A DNA stretch of 47,345 nt, taken from NCBI GenBank assembly GCA_045563315.1, contig JBJKUD010000024.1:1-47345 (forward strand), written 5' to 3'. The notes below the pieces were generated by a model. It was given only the letters and a program-made list of their open reading frames with translations, ran no database searches and had not been told where the DNA came from. A program made the translations under genes and the position numbers. Shown piece by piece: positions 17,564 through 28,063 of the stretch. Position 1 is the stretch's first letter, and every line of letters starts with the position of its first letter. This DNA is from Candidatus Actinomarina sp. Its GTDB lineage: Bacteria > Actinomycetota > Acidimicrobiia > Actinomarinales > Actinomarinaceae.

Positions 17564-18466
17564 CTAATTCCCCTGAATAGCTTTTTGAATGAGCATCAGC
17601 TCATCTTCATTACTTAGAGGGTAAGAACCATCCTTAATCGTTCTAATTTCTTCAATATTGCTAGCAATGTCTTCTGCGGTAGCTTCTGTATTTACATATC
17701 CCTCATGAGTAATAATTCCAATTCTTGCAAATCTACCTGCTGCAACGCCAAAAATTTCATGTGTCGGTTCACAAGCTTCAGATGCTAAGTATGTGACCAT
17801 TGGAGTAACAAGTTCTGCACTAAAAAGTTTTCCAACATCTTCTGGTAAAAGAGCTTCTGTCATTCTCGTATATGCAGTGGGTGCAATTACGTTTACTTTA
17901 ATATTATATTTTGCACCTTCAATTGCCAAAACATTTGTCAGGCCAACAATACCCATCTTCGCTGCTCCATAATTTGATTGACCGAAATTACCAAAAATGC
18001 CCGATGGCGATGCTACATTTACAATTCTTCCATAATTGTTTTCTTTCATAACTTTAAAAGCAGGATGCGTTACAAAATATGTTCCTTTCAAATGAACTTC
18101 AATTATTAAAGAAAATTCCTCTTCGGTCATATTTGCAAAACTCTTATCTCTTAAAATCCCAGCATTATTAATAACAGCATCGACTGTTCCGAAACTATCA
18201 ATAGCAGTCTGTACAATTGACTCTCCACCTTCTTCAGTAGCTACCGAATCATAGTTTGCAACAGCTTCACCACCATTTGCGATAATTTCATTTACAACCT
18301 CATCAGCAGGAGTATTTCCTGCACCAGATCCATCCACAGCACCACCTAAGTCATTTACTACAACTTTTGCTCCTCTTTTCCCAAGATCCAAAGCGTAAGC
18401 TTTTCCAAGCCCATTCCCAGCACCAGTAACTATTACAACTCTATTTTCGAAACTTACATCAGCCAT
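17564..18466 (-). CDS. SDR oxidoreductase, MFE-2-type (R)-3-hydroxyacyl-CoA dehydrogenase-like
   Basis: TGAGNGLG, VVVNDLGG, NNAGILRD, GNFGQSNYGAAK. Confidence 0.9.
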   Translation of the reverse strand: MADVSFENRVVIVTGAGNGLGKAYALDLGKRGAKVVVNDLGGAVDGSGAGNTPADEVVNEIIANGGEAVANYDSVATEEGGESIVQTAIDSFGTVDAVINNAGILRDKSFANMTEEEFSLIIEVHLKGTYFVTHPAFKVMKENNYGRIVNVASPSGIFGNFGQSNYGAAKMGIVGLTNVLAIEGAKYNIKVNVIAPTAYTRMTEALLPEDVGKLFSAELVTPMVTYLASEACEPTHEIFGVAAGRFARIGIITHEGYVNTEATAEDIASNIEEIRTIKDGSYPLSNEDELMLIQKAIQGN

Positions 18467-20397
18467 TATTTTGCCTCCTCATACATTGCTTCAATTTCAT
18501 TTTCGTATCTTTCTGTAACAACATGCCTTTTTAATTTAAGCGATGGTGTTAATTCACCGCTACTATCAGTCCACTCATTTGAAAGTAAGGTAAATTTCTT
18601 AATTTGCTGAACATTTGCTACTTTACTATTTGATTGATCAACGTGATCTTGAATAGCAGATAAAACTTTTTCATTTTTAGACATGGTTTCGATGTTATAT
18701 TCAATCCCATTTTCATTAGCCCATTTTTCTGCTCCTCCATCTCCGTCAAGAACAATTAAGGCACTTAAAAATTTCTTACCATCTCCTACCATGCAAATCT
18801 GACCAATCAATTCATGTGTTTTTATTAGATTTTCTAGTTCAACTGGTGCAATGTTCTTGCCACCAGATGTAATAATAATTTCTTTTTTTCTTCCAATTAT
18901 TTTTGCAAACCCATTTTCATCTATTTCAGCTAGATCCCCAGTATGAAGCCATCCATCATTATCAAATGCAGCTTTTGTTTCCTCTTCAGATTTATAATAT
19001 CCTTTTGCAACGTGCTTACCTTTAATACATAGCTCACCATCATCTAAAACTTTTATTTCTGTACCCATTATTGGCATTCCAACTTTACCAATTGGATTCA
19101 TTACATCTGGAATAGGCAAATCATTTGCTTTCATGAGATTCTGAAAATAATTATTTGCAAAATTAGGAACACAAAATGTTGCGGGTCCAGTGTCTTCAGT
19201 CATGCCATATACCTCTGCAACGTCAATATGAATTGCATGAAACCATTTTTGAACTTCCGGATTCATGGGAGCTGCAGCCGTAATAAATACCTCTGAGTTA
19301 TCAAGACCAAGTCCAACTTTAAACGATCTTTCGAAAACAAGTTTATTAAATATTGCATCTTTAATTCTTATCCCTATTGGTGGTGTTTCTCCTCTTTGTT
19401 CATATTCAACTCTTTCTAAACCATTATCAATTGCTTTTAAAGCTAAATCTTTCTTATCGGAATCGTTTATTTTATTAATTAAACCTGATTGGAATCTTTC
19501 CCATACTCTAGGAACTGCAAAAAAAAGTGTTGGTTTAATAGTTGGTAAAGCTGTGGCCATATCCTCAAGAACAGGCACTGGAAATAATTGACCCTTTCTA
19601 AAAATTGATTGATAATGATCAGTTAACCTTGCTGCAATGTGCGCCATAGGTAAATAGGAAACAATTCTAGGATTACCTCCTAAACTCACTGATTGTTCTA
19701 TCAGGCTTTGAATCGTAAACAATATATTTTCATGAGTAAGCATTACTCCCTTAGGATTGCCTGTTGTTCCTGATGTAAAAATCAAACACGCAAGTGAATC
19801 TGGTTTTACGGAATCAATTCTTGCCTCTAATTCGGCTTTACTGTCTGCATTAATCTTTTTACCTTTTTCAATAAGGTCTTGATAACTTAATACATAATCT
19901 AAATCTTTGAACTGATCAAAATCTTCAATCATTATGATGTACTTCATGTCAGGACAGTTATCTTTTGCTTTGTTAACCTCAGTAAAAAGCTCTGCATCAC
20001 CAACAAATGCAACTTTTGCTTCAAGTAGATTAGAGATGTATTCTATTTGTCCTGATTTAAGTTGTTTATAGATTGTTGATGGAACTGCACCTGCATGCAT
20101 AATTCCAAGATCCGATATGAAATGCTCTTTTACATTGTTTGCAACAATAAAAGCATTGTCTTCAGCTTGAATACCAATATCAATAAGCCCCGAGGCAAGA
20201 TTGTGAACTGTTTCTTGATATTCTGACCAAGAAATAGAATCCCAACCAGTATATTCATTATTGATTGGAGTATTTAAGGCCGGGTAATCAGGTGCCTCTT
20301 CTGCATTACTATTTAAGTAATCAATGATTGTCTTTCCTTCAACAATACTCATAACTGATTTTTCTTGGTTTTTAAGAAATTCTTGTATTTTGCTCAT
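18466..20397 (-). CDS. fadD: Long-chain acyl-CoA synthetase (AMP-forming)
   Basis: IFTSGTTGNPKG, YGMTE, GWLHTGD, GRKKEIIITSGGKNIAP, ELTPSLKLKR. Confidence 0.9.
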   Translation of the reverse strand: MSKIQEFLKNQEKSVMSIVEGKTIIDYLNSNAEEAPDYPALNTPINNEYTGWDSISWSEYQETVHNLASGLIDIGIQAEDNAFIVANNVKEHFISDLGIMHAGAVPSTIYKQLKSGQIEYISNLLEAKVAFVGDAELFTEVNKAKDNCPDMKYIIMIEDFDQFKDLDYVLSYQDLIEKGKKINADSKAELEARIDSVKPDSLACLIFTSGTTGNPKGVMLTHENILFTIQSLIEQSVSLGGNPRIVSYLPMAHIAARLTDHYQSIFRKGQLFPVPVLEDMATALPTIKPTLFFAVPRVWERFQSGLINKINDSDKKDLALKAIDNGLERVEYEQRGETPPIGIRIKDAIFNKLVFERSFKVGLGLDNSEVFITAAAPMNPEVQKWFHAIHIDVAEVYGMTEDTGPATFCVPNFANNYFQNLMKANDLPIPDVMNPIGKVGMPIMGTEIKVLDDGELCIKGKHVAKGYYKSEEETKAAFDNDGWLHTGDLAEIDENGFAKIIGRKKEIIITSGGKNIAPVELENLIKTHELIGQICMVGDGKKFLSALIVLDGDGGAEKWANENGIEYNIETMSKNEKVLSAIQDHVDQSNSKVANVQQIKKFTLLSNEWTDSSGELTPSLKLKRHVVTERYENEIEAMYEEAK

Positions 20398-20457
20398 TTT
20401 TCTCCACTTTTATAAAACAATTTTAATGTCCAAAGTCAAAATTCTCTAATCTATTGT

Positions 20458-21504
20458 TTAAAATTGTTGAGTTATATTTGCCCAATTCCCATTTAAGTCA
20501 TAAGACTCTAAAGTACACATAATATCTAAGACGTGAAATGGTAAAAATAACTCTTCCTCAGTAATATTGTCTTGTTTTATAGAATTTACCATTTCCACAA
20601 CACCAAGTCCTCGATAGTAATTATTTTCGCTGTCTTTTGAAGAATATATGTTTTCCCATTGATAAGTTTCTTTATTAAACATGGAAATTTCACCATCGTA
20701 GTTGTTTGGATCAGCAAGTTTTAAAGATGTATTTTCTCCATAGATCTCTAATTTTGGATCATATGGTTTCCAAATATCAAAACTAACATGAAAATCAACA
20801 ACAACTCCAGATTTAAATTTTAATAATGCGAGATAATGCGTATCAATTTCTACATTGATTTCTTTATATTTTACTTCTGCGTTTTCAACTTTACGTTTAT
20901 TAAAATTTTTCTCTGAATAGGAGACAACTTGGGCTACTGGTCCTAATAATTTTACTAATGCAGTCAAATAGTATGGACCCATATCGAATAAAGGCCCTCC
21001 ACCTTTTTTATAATAAAATTCAGGATTAGGATGCCATCCTTCTACACCATGACTTACAAAACTAGCTGATCCACTTATTATTTGACCAATTTTGTTGGAA
21101 TTTAGAATTTCAACACCTTTTTTAAATGCTGGACCAAGATATGTGTCAGGTGCAGCAAATAAATATACATTATTCTTTTTCATGCTTGAAAATAATTCTT
21201 TACCTTCCTCTATTGATAAAGAGATAGGCTTTTCAGAAAAAACATGTTTTCCATTTTCAAGAGATTTTAATGAAATTTCAAAATGTGACGATGGTGGTGT
21301 TAAATTTATTATGAGATCAATATCATTATTTTCCAGTAATTCATCAACAGAGAATTTGCTTATATTGTGTTCTTTAGAAAATAATTCAGACTTTTCGGAA
21401 TCTAAATCCGCACAGGCAAGAACTTGTAATACTTTTTTATTCTTATTCAGACCAATCATATATTGATTTGAAATTGCACCACAACCAATTATTCCAACGT
21501 TCAT
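20458..21504 (-). CDS. Gfo/Idh/MocA-family NAD(P) oxidoreductase
   Basis: GIIGCGAIS, GKHVFSEKP, APDTYLG, WHPNPEFYY, GGGPLFDMGPYY. Confidence 0.92.
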   Translation of the reverse strand: MNVGIIGCGAISNQYMIGLNKNKKVLQVLACADLDSEKSELFSKEHNISKFSVDELLENNDIDLIINLTPPSSHFEISLKSLENGKHVFSEKPISLSIEEGKELFSSMKKNNVYLFAAPDTYLGPAFKKGVEILNSNKIGQIISGSASFVSHGVEGWHPNPEFYYKKGGGPLFDMGPYYLTALVKLLGPVAQVVSYSEKNFNKRKVENAEVKYKEINVEIDTHYLALLKFKSGVVVDFHVSFDIWKPYDPKLEIYGENTSLKLADPNNYDGEISMFNKETYQWENIYSSKDSENNYYRGLGVVEMVNSIKQDNITEEELFLPFHVLDIMCTLESYDLNGNWANITQQF

Positions 21505-21505
21505 A

Positions 21506-22174
21506 TTATTTGCTAGCCCAGTTAATTCCCTGCGTAATTAATTTAACAACATTTATATTTTCAAAATCTTTCAAATTATGACCGATAGAACAGTGAAATA
21601 TATTTCCATATCCCCATTTTTTCGTATATGCAATTGGCATATCTACACCATCTATCCATTCATGATATTTCTTATTAAATTTTGTAGATGCAATAACATT
21701 TATAGAAGGGTCAATATGTAAAAAATATTGCTCAGAGTGAACGCTAAAATCTTTAATTCCATTCACACTTTCATGTTCTTTATCAATAATGGCTACCTCG
21801 TAATCAACAAAATTGCCAGGATGACAAACGAATTGGCTCCCAACGAGAAACTGATAGTTTGTGTTATCTCGAAAAGCATCTGTCATGCCCCCATGCCAGC
21901 CTGCTAAACCTACACCGGAACCTATTGCTTCTTGTAAGTTTCCAATTTTTGAGTCTTTAATTTCCCAATTGTCATCATCTATATTTCCCATTGTCCATAC
22001 TGGAAGAATGACATCGTATTTTTTTAAATAATTTAAATCACTCATAACATCCAAACTTTCAGAGATATCACTTTCAATATCAAATTTTTTTATTTCTTCA
22101 ATAATGAATTTTGATGTTTCGATTGGCTCATGACCTTCCCAACCTCCAGCAATAAATAATGCTTTTTTACTCAT
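21506..22174 (-). CDS. ThuA-like (trehalose utilisation) domain protein
   Basis: GGWEGHEP, GWHGG, QFVCHP, SEQY, SIGH; start moved from 22285 to ATG 22174 (ATGA overlap with malG stop). Confidence 0.82.
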   Translation of the reverse strand: MSKKALFIAGGWEGHEPIETSKFIIEEIKKFDIESDISESLDVMSDLNYLKKYDVILPVWTMGNIDDDNWEIKDSKIGNLQEAIGSGVGLAGWHGGMTDAFRDNTNYQFLVGSQFVCHPGNFVDYEVAIIDKEHESVNGIKDFSVHSEQYFLHIDPSINVIASTKFNKKYHEWIDGVDMPIAYTKKWGYGNIFHCSIGHNLKDFENINVVKLITQGINWASK

Positions 22175-23037
22175 CCTTTTATTGATCCAGCAGTAAGCCC
22201 ACCTGTTATTTGTTTTTGAAAAAATAAAAATAGGACAGCTATAGGAGTAGCCGCTATTACAGATGCTGCAGCAATACTTCCCCATTCATTGCTAAAGTCG
22301 TCCATAAATACAACGTTTATTCCAAGAGCTACCGTGTACAAATTAGGATCTTTTAAAAATACTGCAGCAAGAATATAATCTGAATAAATTCCAATAAATG
22401 TAATTACAAATAATACAACGATTATTGGCCTTGCCAAAGGAGCGACAATTCTAAAAAATATTTGTGAATCATTTGCACCATCAACTTTTGCTGCCTCATC
22501 TAAAGATGTTGGGATAGTATCCATAAATCCTTTTATTAACCATGAATTAAAACCAATTGAGCCTCCTAAGTAAACGCAAATTAAACCAAAGTGTGTTCCT
22601 AGTCCCATGAACGGAGCCACATCGCTTATTTGAAAAAATAATAAATATATTGCTACAAAAGCTAGAAAAGCTGGAAACATTTGAATTAGAACTAACGTAA
22701 TAAGACCTACTCTTCTTCCTCTGAACTTTAATCTTGCAAATGCATAACCAGCGAATGTCCCAAGAAGAACATTGAATATTCCAGCAATACTTGCAATTTT
22801 GTAGGTATTAAAAAGCCATCTAAAATATGGCACTAACGAATCTTCGTAAAGAGATTTGTAGTGTTTTAAAGTTAAAGCATCCGGTATTAGTTTTGAATTT
22901 TGTAAATTTGCAAAATCTGCGAATGAATTTGTAATCACATACAAAATTGGATACATCGAAAATACAACGAAAAATACTCCAACTAGATGTCTCCATCCAT
23001 ACTCTCGGATCCATTTAATTAACTTAGATGTTTCCAT
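22171..23037 (-). CDS. malG: Maltose/maltodextrin ABC transporter permease
   Basis: AFARLKFRGR, QMFP, SLDEAAKVDGA (EAA loop). Confidence 0.9.
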   Translation of the reverse strand: METSKLIKWIREYGWRHLVGVFFVVFSMYPILYVITNSFADFANLQNSKLIPDALTLKHYKSLYEDSLVPYFRWLFNTYKIASIAGIFNVLLGTFAGYAFARLKFRGRRVGLITLVLIQMFPAFLAFVAIYLLFFQISDVAPFMGLGTHFGLICVYLGGSIGFNSWLIKGFMDTIPTSLDEAAKVDGANDSQIFFRIVAPLARPIIVVLFVITFIGIYSDYILAAVFLKDPNLYTVALGINVVFMDDFSNEWGSIAAASVIAATPIAVLFLFFQKQITGGLTAGSIKG

Positions 23038-24616
23038 AAATCCGCTCTAATCTTTTTGAATATCTAAATGATATAGCTGAAATTATTAGTACAAGGAAAA
23101 ATATAATTGTTGTAACTGCTGCTGCCAAACCAAATTGAACACCCCGGCCACCAGAAACTGCAAGGTTATAAGTAAAAGATATGAGAATATCTGTATATCC
23201 TACAGAGACATCAGCACCAACTAATGGTGGGCCTCCCCCAGTAAGCAAGAAAATTAATGTAAAGTTATTAAAATTGTAAGCAAATGCACCTATTAATAGT
23301 GGAGATATGGAAACTAATAGTAATGGAAAAGTAATTCTCCAAAAAGATTGCCTTGGTGTAGCTCCATCAACTTTTGAGGCTTCAATTAGTTCGGTTGGAA
23401 TTGACTGAAGTGCCCCAGTTACTATTAAAAACATATAAGGGAAACCTAACCAAGTATTTACGAGTAAAACAGCTGCTTTTGAACTTGCTTCTGTCCTAAA
23501 CCACCTTATTGGTTCAATATTTAATAATTGATATATAGGATCAAGCCAATCATTTATCAATCCAAAATCTGGATTAAGTAATCCTCTAAATACCAAAATA
23601 GAAATAAATCCAGGAATAGCGTAGGGAATTATATAGATTGATCTATAAATTTTTTGAAATCTTACTTTTTCATTATTTAAAGTTACGGCTAAAAATAAAC
23701 CTACAAAAAAAGCAAGTAAAACAGAAAAGAATGCGAATTGAAATGTCCAAGTTGCGACAGTGCTTAAAGGTCCTCTAAATCTCTCATCGTCAAATATTCT
23801 TTGATAATTTTCTGAGCCTACAGTAATTCTCCAACCTGGATCAACAGAATCACCACCACATATAAAGTTACCTCTATCACCAAGTGTGCATGCTACATTC
23901 TGTCTGTTGTCATAAAGAATATCTGTGTCACTATCATATGAATATTTTTGTTGAGATGAAAATATTCTGCCGCTTGATGCACCAAATACTGAAATATTAT
24001 ATAATTTTATTCTTGTATTTTTATCTACTAGTAAAGAAAGGTCTTGTAACTGTGATGAATTTGCTATTTGTTCTTTTCCAGATAGTAAATAAAGTGAATC
24101 GGGTATGACAATGTTGTTATTTGAATCTTTGAATGATGGTTCGTGATTTGCATAATTAATGGTAGTGAATTCATCCGAAGTAATAGCTTTTCCAAAAAGT
24201 AAATTGTTTTCATCTAAGTCTGCAAGAAAATAATAGTCTAGATCTGAATCTTGCAAGACGTATAAATCAAACTCAACTCCTCTTTGTTCTTCAGTTGAAA
24301 ATGTCAAATCTTCTAGACGTTCAATAACTTGAGTTTTAGTCAAAATATGACCTGTCTGCCAGTTTGTAAAGGATACGTAAAAGTTAAATCCTGCCGGAAA
24401 AACAACAAATGCCAGTAGGAATATAAAGCCAGGAGTTATCCATTTTAAAGGTTTGAGTCTGTTGGTGAGATATGTGAGATTTATAAGAAAAGTTACGATT
24501 CCAACGATGAGGAGTAAAAACCAAGACTCATAGGTGATAGCCAAAGGGACTATGTAAAACATTAATGCATTGAAAATACCCAATAAAACATATCTGATAA
24601 TGGTCGAAATTTTCAT
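23024..24616 (-). CDS. malF: Maltose/maltodextrin ABC transporter permease with large extracytoplasmic loop
   Basis: LIEASKVDGA, NTWLGFPYM, FNNF, TDILIS; start moved from 24667 to ATG 24616 because the extension runs through a terminator hairpin. Confidence 0.9.
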   Translation of the reverse strand: MKISTIIRYVLLGIFNALMFYIVPLAITYESWFLLLIVGIVTFLINLTYLTNRLKPLKWITPGFIFLLAFVVFPAGFNFYVSFTNWQTGHILTKTQVIERLEDLTFSTEEQRGVEFDLYVLQDSDLDYYFLADLDENNLLFGKAITSDEFTTINYANHEPSFKDSNNNIVIPDSLYLLSGKEQIANSSQLQDLSLLVDKNTRIKLYNISVFGASSGRIFSSQQKYSYDSDTDILYDNRQNVACTLGDRGNFICGGDSVDPGWRITVGSENYQRIFDDERFRGPLSTVATWTFQFAFFSVLLAFFVGLFLAVTLNNEKVRFQKIYRSIYIIPYAIPGFISILVFRGLLNPDFGLINDWLDPIYQLLNIEPIRWFRTEASSKAAVLLVNTWLGFPYMFLIVTGALQSIPTELIEASKVDGATPRQSFWRITFPLLLVSISPLLIGAFAYNFNNFTLIFLLTGGGPPLVGADVSVGYTDILISFTYNLAVSGGRGVQFGLAAAVTTIIFFLVLIISAISFRYSKRLERIYGNI

Positions 24617-24633
24617 ATATATAAATATATCAC

Positions 24634-24664
24634 AAAAAAATCGGGGCCCATTGCGAGCCCCGAT
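24634..24664 (-). terminator. Intrinsic terminator / mRNA-stabilising hairpin after malE
   Basis: Minus strand ATCGGGGCTC-GCAAT-GGGCCCCGAT followed by a T run; GC-rich stem in an AT-rich background. Confidence 0.88.
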
Positions 24665-24684
24665 CAAAATTATTTTTTAACTAA

Positions 24685-25986
24685 CTATCCACCTGCAATG
24701 GCATCTCTCACTTGCTGAGCAGCTAATTTCATAGCGTCAGAAGCAGAATCAACAGTCACTCCTGTATCTTCATTTGTACCATAGTTTTGGTCTCTAATTA
24801 TTAGTAATGCATCTCCAACTGGACCCCAAACACTTCCCATTTCTGGAATGTTAGGCATTGGAATACCGTTAGCTGCACTTGCTGCAAACTGTGCTGCAAT
24901 TGGATCTTCTGTTTCAACAATTGCGAACAATGATTTAGTTGCAGGAAGTCTTGGATCTTCAGCATACATAGCTGCTTGAACATCAACAGTAGCAAAAAAG
25001 TCAAGTATAAAGCTTTGAGCCAATACCTTTTTTTCACTGAATGCTGAAATGAACATACCTCTAACTCCAACGAATGGAGTTGCAGCGCTACCATCAAATG
25101 AAGGTATTAAACCAACACCGTAGTTAACTGCAGATGCATCTCCTCTAGCCCATGGGCCAGTCATCCAAAACAAAGATCTACCTTCTTGAAATGCTGTCAT
25201 AGATGCACCATAATCTGTTGCAGCTATTGTTCCATTTTTTACTAAGGTATCAAGATATTCTGCAGAAGATAATGCTGCAGAGTTATCAAGTCCGATATCT
25301 GAAGGATCAAATCCACCATCAAATTTAAATATGTATCCACCGTCTGATTGGATGAATGGCATGTTGTGATAAGCGTCTCCGCCTCCACCACCACCTGGGG
25401 CTCCAACACAGAGTTCAGTTCCTGCAGCATCACAAGCTGCTTTTACTTCTTCCCATGTTGATGGAACACCATCAATTAAATCTGAATTGTAATACATTGC
25501 GATAGCTTCAGTTGCATATGGAAAACCATAAACTTCACCACCATAGCTAAATCCTGCAATTCCTACATCAAATATGTCTGATTGAATTGAACCAAGGTCT
25601 ATTGGAGCAACAACACCATTAGTTGCTACTTCACCAACAATATCATGAGGGCTTATAAATAAATCTGGTCCTTCTCCTGCAGGTCCTGCAGTTAAAACAT
25701 CATCTTTAATTGAGCCGAAATCATAAATTACAACCTCTACGTCAACGCCTGCTGCTTGCTCATAAGCTCCAACTAATGGATCTAAGGCAACAGCTACTTT
25801 CTCTTCAGCCCAAACTACTAACTTTTCCGGAGGTGGAGAAGTTGTAGCAGGTGCCGCAAGTGTTTCCGATGGGGCCTCTTCGACTGCTGGCTCTTCAACT
25901 GTATCTTCAGATGAACCACCACATGCGACTAGCACCATGGAAAGAATTAATAAAATTGCGCCAAATCGCAATCTTGAATTATTCAT
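24685..25986 (-). CDS. malE: Maltose/maltodextrin-binding lipoprotein
   Basis: Lipobox LVAC, GPDLFISPHD, MTGPW, PFVGV, PMPNIPEMGSVW; AGAAAGGGAG RBS. Confidence 0.9.
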   Translation of the reverse strand: MNNSRLRFGAILLILSMVLVACGGSSEDTVEEPAVEEAPSETLAAPATTSPPPEKLVVWAEEKVAVALDPLVGAYEQAAGVDVEVVIYDFGSIKDDVLTAGPAGEGPDLFISPHDIVGEVATNGVVAPIDLGSIQSDIFDVGIAGFSYGGEVYGFPYATEAIAMYYNSDLIDGVPSTWEEVKAACDAAGTELCVGAPGGGGGGDAYHNMPFIQSDGGYIFKFDGGFDPSDIGLDNSAALSSAEYLDTLVKNGTIAATDYGASMTAFQEGRSLFWMTGPWARGDASAVNYGVGLIPSFDGSAATPFVGVRGMFISAFSEKKVLAQSFILDFFATVDVQAAMYAEDPRLPATKSLFAIVETEDPIAAQFAASAANGIPMPNIPEMGSVWGPVGDALLIIRDQNYGTNEDTGVTVDSASDAMKLAAQQVRDAIAGG

Positions 25987-26078
25987 ACACTCCCTTTCTT
26001 AATATACGTATATTCAAAAATTGAATAATGTAAAGATTATAATTTTTAATAAGAAATATTTCTAATTAACAGAAAAAT

Positions 26079-28010
26079 TTAAATCTCTTTGATTATCAAA
26101 CCAAAATTTTCTGCTAAGTCAGATATCTTTAACTTTCCTGAACTTATTTCCAATTCACATTCTCCATAAACTGCCTCAACATTTTGTGCTGAAGTTGGGA
26201 TTGAAATATCTTTATTTTGTTTATCTCTATTTACGATGCATAGAAATGATTCATTCTTTAATTTTCTTCTGAATATTACATAATTATCATCGAAACTAAC
26301 CATTTGAAAATTTCCATATTTTAAAATAGGTTCATTGACTTTTATATTCATAAGTTCGCTTGTAAATTTCAGTAAATCTTTATTCCATTTATCTTCAGAA
26401 TCCCATGGGAAAGGTTCTCTATTAAAAGGATCTCCCCCTCCTCCAAGGCCTATTTCGTCACCATAATAAATCCCAGCTATTCCTGGAAAAGTTGCTTGCA
26501 AAAACACAGCTCCAAATATTCCATCAGTGTTTGACTCACATTGGTTTAAAAAACGTCTTACATCATGGGAACTCAATAAGTTTTGGCATGCAGATAAAGC
26601 TTCAAATGAATACATCGAATATAAATTAGATAAAGAATTTGCGAATTCCTTGTTATCAATACGTTTTGTAGCAAAGAAATCTACCATGGTTTCTCTAAAT
26701 GAATAGTTCATTGTTCCATCAAATCTGTCTCCTTGAAGCCACTGTGATGTATCTCCAAATATTTCAGAAATAAGCACTACATCTTTTTTTGCATTTTGCG
26801 CAATATCTCTAAAGTCTTTCCAAAATGAAAAATCTAATTCTTTAGCAACGTCCATTCTCCAACCATCAATATCAAAATTTTTAATCCAATATTCAGTAAC
26901 ATCTAAAGCCCATTTTCGTGCCCCATCATTTTTTAAATTCATTTTAGGCATATCTGGTACTCCCCACCATGCCTTAAAAGTCGGCTCTACAATAGGACCT
27001 TCATCATCTTTAATATCTACTGGTACTTTTGTTTCCTCAAAAGTCTTTTCTAGATATGCTTTATACTCTTCTTCATTGCCATCCCAGCCAACTTTGTAAG
27101 TATTCGAATATAAATGAGGTCTATGTATGAAACGTACAGGATAGTCAAATACAGTAAACCAATCTTTATATTCAGATTTTTCACCTTTTTCAACTAAATC
27201 TTGAAATGCATAATGTCTTGGATGAACATGATTCAGGGAACAATCTAATATAACTTTCATATTTTTCTTATGAGCTTCATCAATTAATTCTTTAAATGCT
27301 TCATCACCACCAAGACCATCATCTACTTTAAAATGATCCCAAGCGTCATACTTGTGAGTACTCGAAGATTGAAAAATAGGATTGAAATAAATGATATTCA
27401 CCCCAAGACTTTTTATATAATCAAGTTTTTCTGTTACTCCATTAATGTCTCCTCCATGAAACCCCAGCCTTGTTGGCTCACTTTCCCAAGGCAAAGCATT
27501 TTTAGGTGTTATATCATCATTTCCGTTTCTGAATCTTTCAGGAAATACTTGATACATAACAGATCCATAAATCCAATCGGGTATTACATGCTTAGTAAAT
27601 TCTTTTGAATTATAAATCCATTTTTCGGAAGGAGAAATGAAGTTGGCTACTCCACTTGTGCCATAGTAGATATTTAAACCATCAGCAGATTGGGCAGCAA
27701 AACTAAATTTGGATATATCTTTTTTAAATTCTAGGTTTATATTCCAAAATTTGAATCTATCTGTTTCAGCATACATTTCTAGCTCAAGGGGTCTTAGCTG
27801 ATCGTCTTCAACCAATAACCAAACTTTTGCGATATTTGGTTCACTGTGAATTCTTAAATTTATATTCCCGTCTTCAGTTGGTGAAAAAAACTTTTTATCG
27901 TTTATATCAAATCTAAAATCATAATGACCTAAATGAACATCTCCTTCAAAAAATTCCAGTTTTTGAGCTTCATCTTTATCTGTAAATTCTACTGAATGAC
28001 TTTCTACCAT
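26079..28010 (-). CDS. GH13 neopullulanase/cyclomaltodextrinase-type alpha-glucan hydrolase
   Basis: YQVFPERF, HKYD, DGWRMDVAKE (nucleophile), EIF (acid/base), SHD, YYGDEIG. Confidence 0.92.
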   Translation of the reverse strand: MVESHSVEFTDKDEAQKLEFFEGDVHLGHYDFRFDINDKKFFSPTEDGNINLRIHSEPNIAKVWLLVEDDQLRPLELEMYAETDRFKFWNINLEFKKDISKFSFAAQSADGLNIYYGTSGVANFISPSEKWIYNSKEFTKHVIPDWIYGSVMYQVFPERFRNGNDDITPKNALPWESEPTRLGFHGGDINGVTEKLDYIKSLGVNIIYFNPIFQSSSTHKYDAWDHFKVDDGLGGDEAFKELIDEAHKKNMKVILDCSLNHVHPRHYAFQDLVEKGEKSEYKDWFTVFDYPVRFIHRPHLYSNTYKVGWDGNEEEYKAYLEKTFEETKVPVDIKDDEGPIVEPTFKAWWGVPDMPKMNLKNDGARKWALDVTEYWIKNFDIDGWRMDVAKELDFSFWKDFRDIAQNAKKDVVLISEIFGDTSQWLQGDRFDGTMNYSFRETMVDFFATKRIDNKEFANSLSNLYSMYSFEALSACQNLLSSHDVRRFLNQCESNTDGIFGAVFLQATFPGIAGIYYGDEIGLGGGGDPFNREPFPWDSEDKWNKDLLKFTSELMNIKVNEPILKYGNFQMVSFDDNYVIFRRKLKNESFLCIVNRDKQNKDISIPTSAQNVEAVYGECELEISSGKLKISDLAENFGLIIKEI

Positions 28011-28063
28011 ATAACCTAATCTGAATAAATATTGTACTATATAATTTAATTGAAAGGTTTCAT

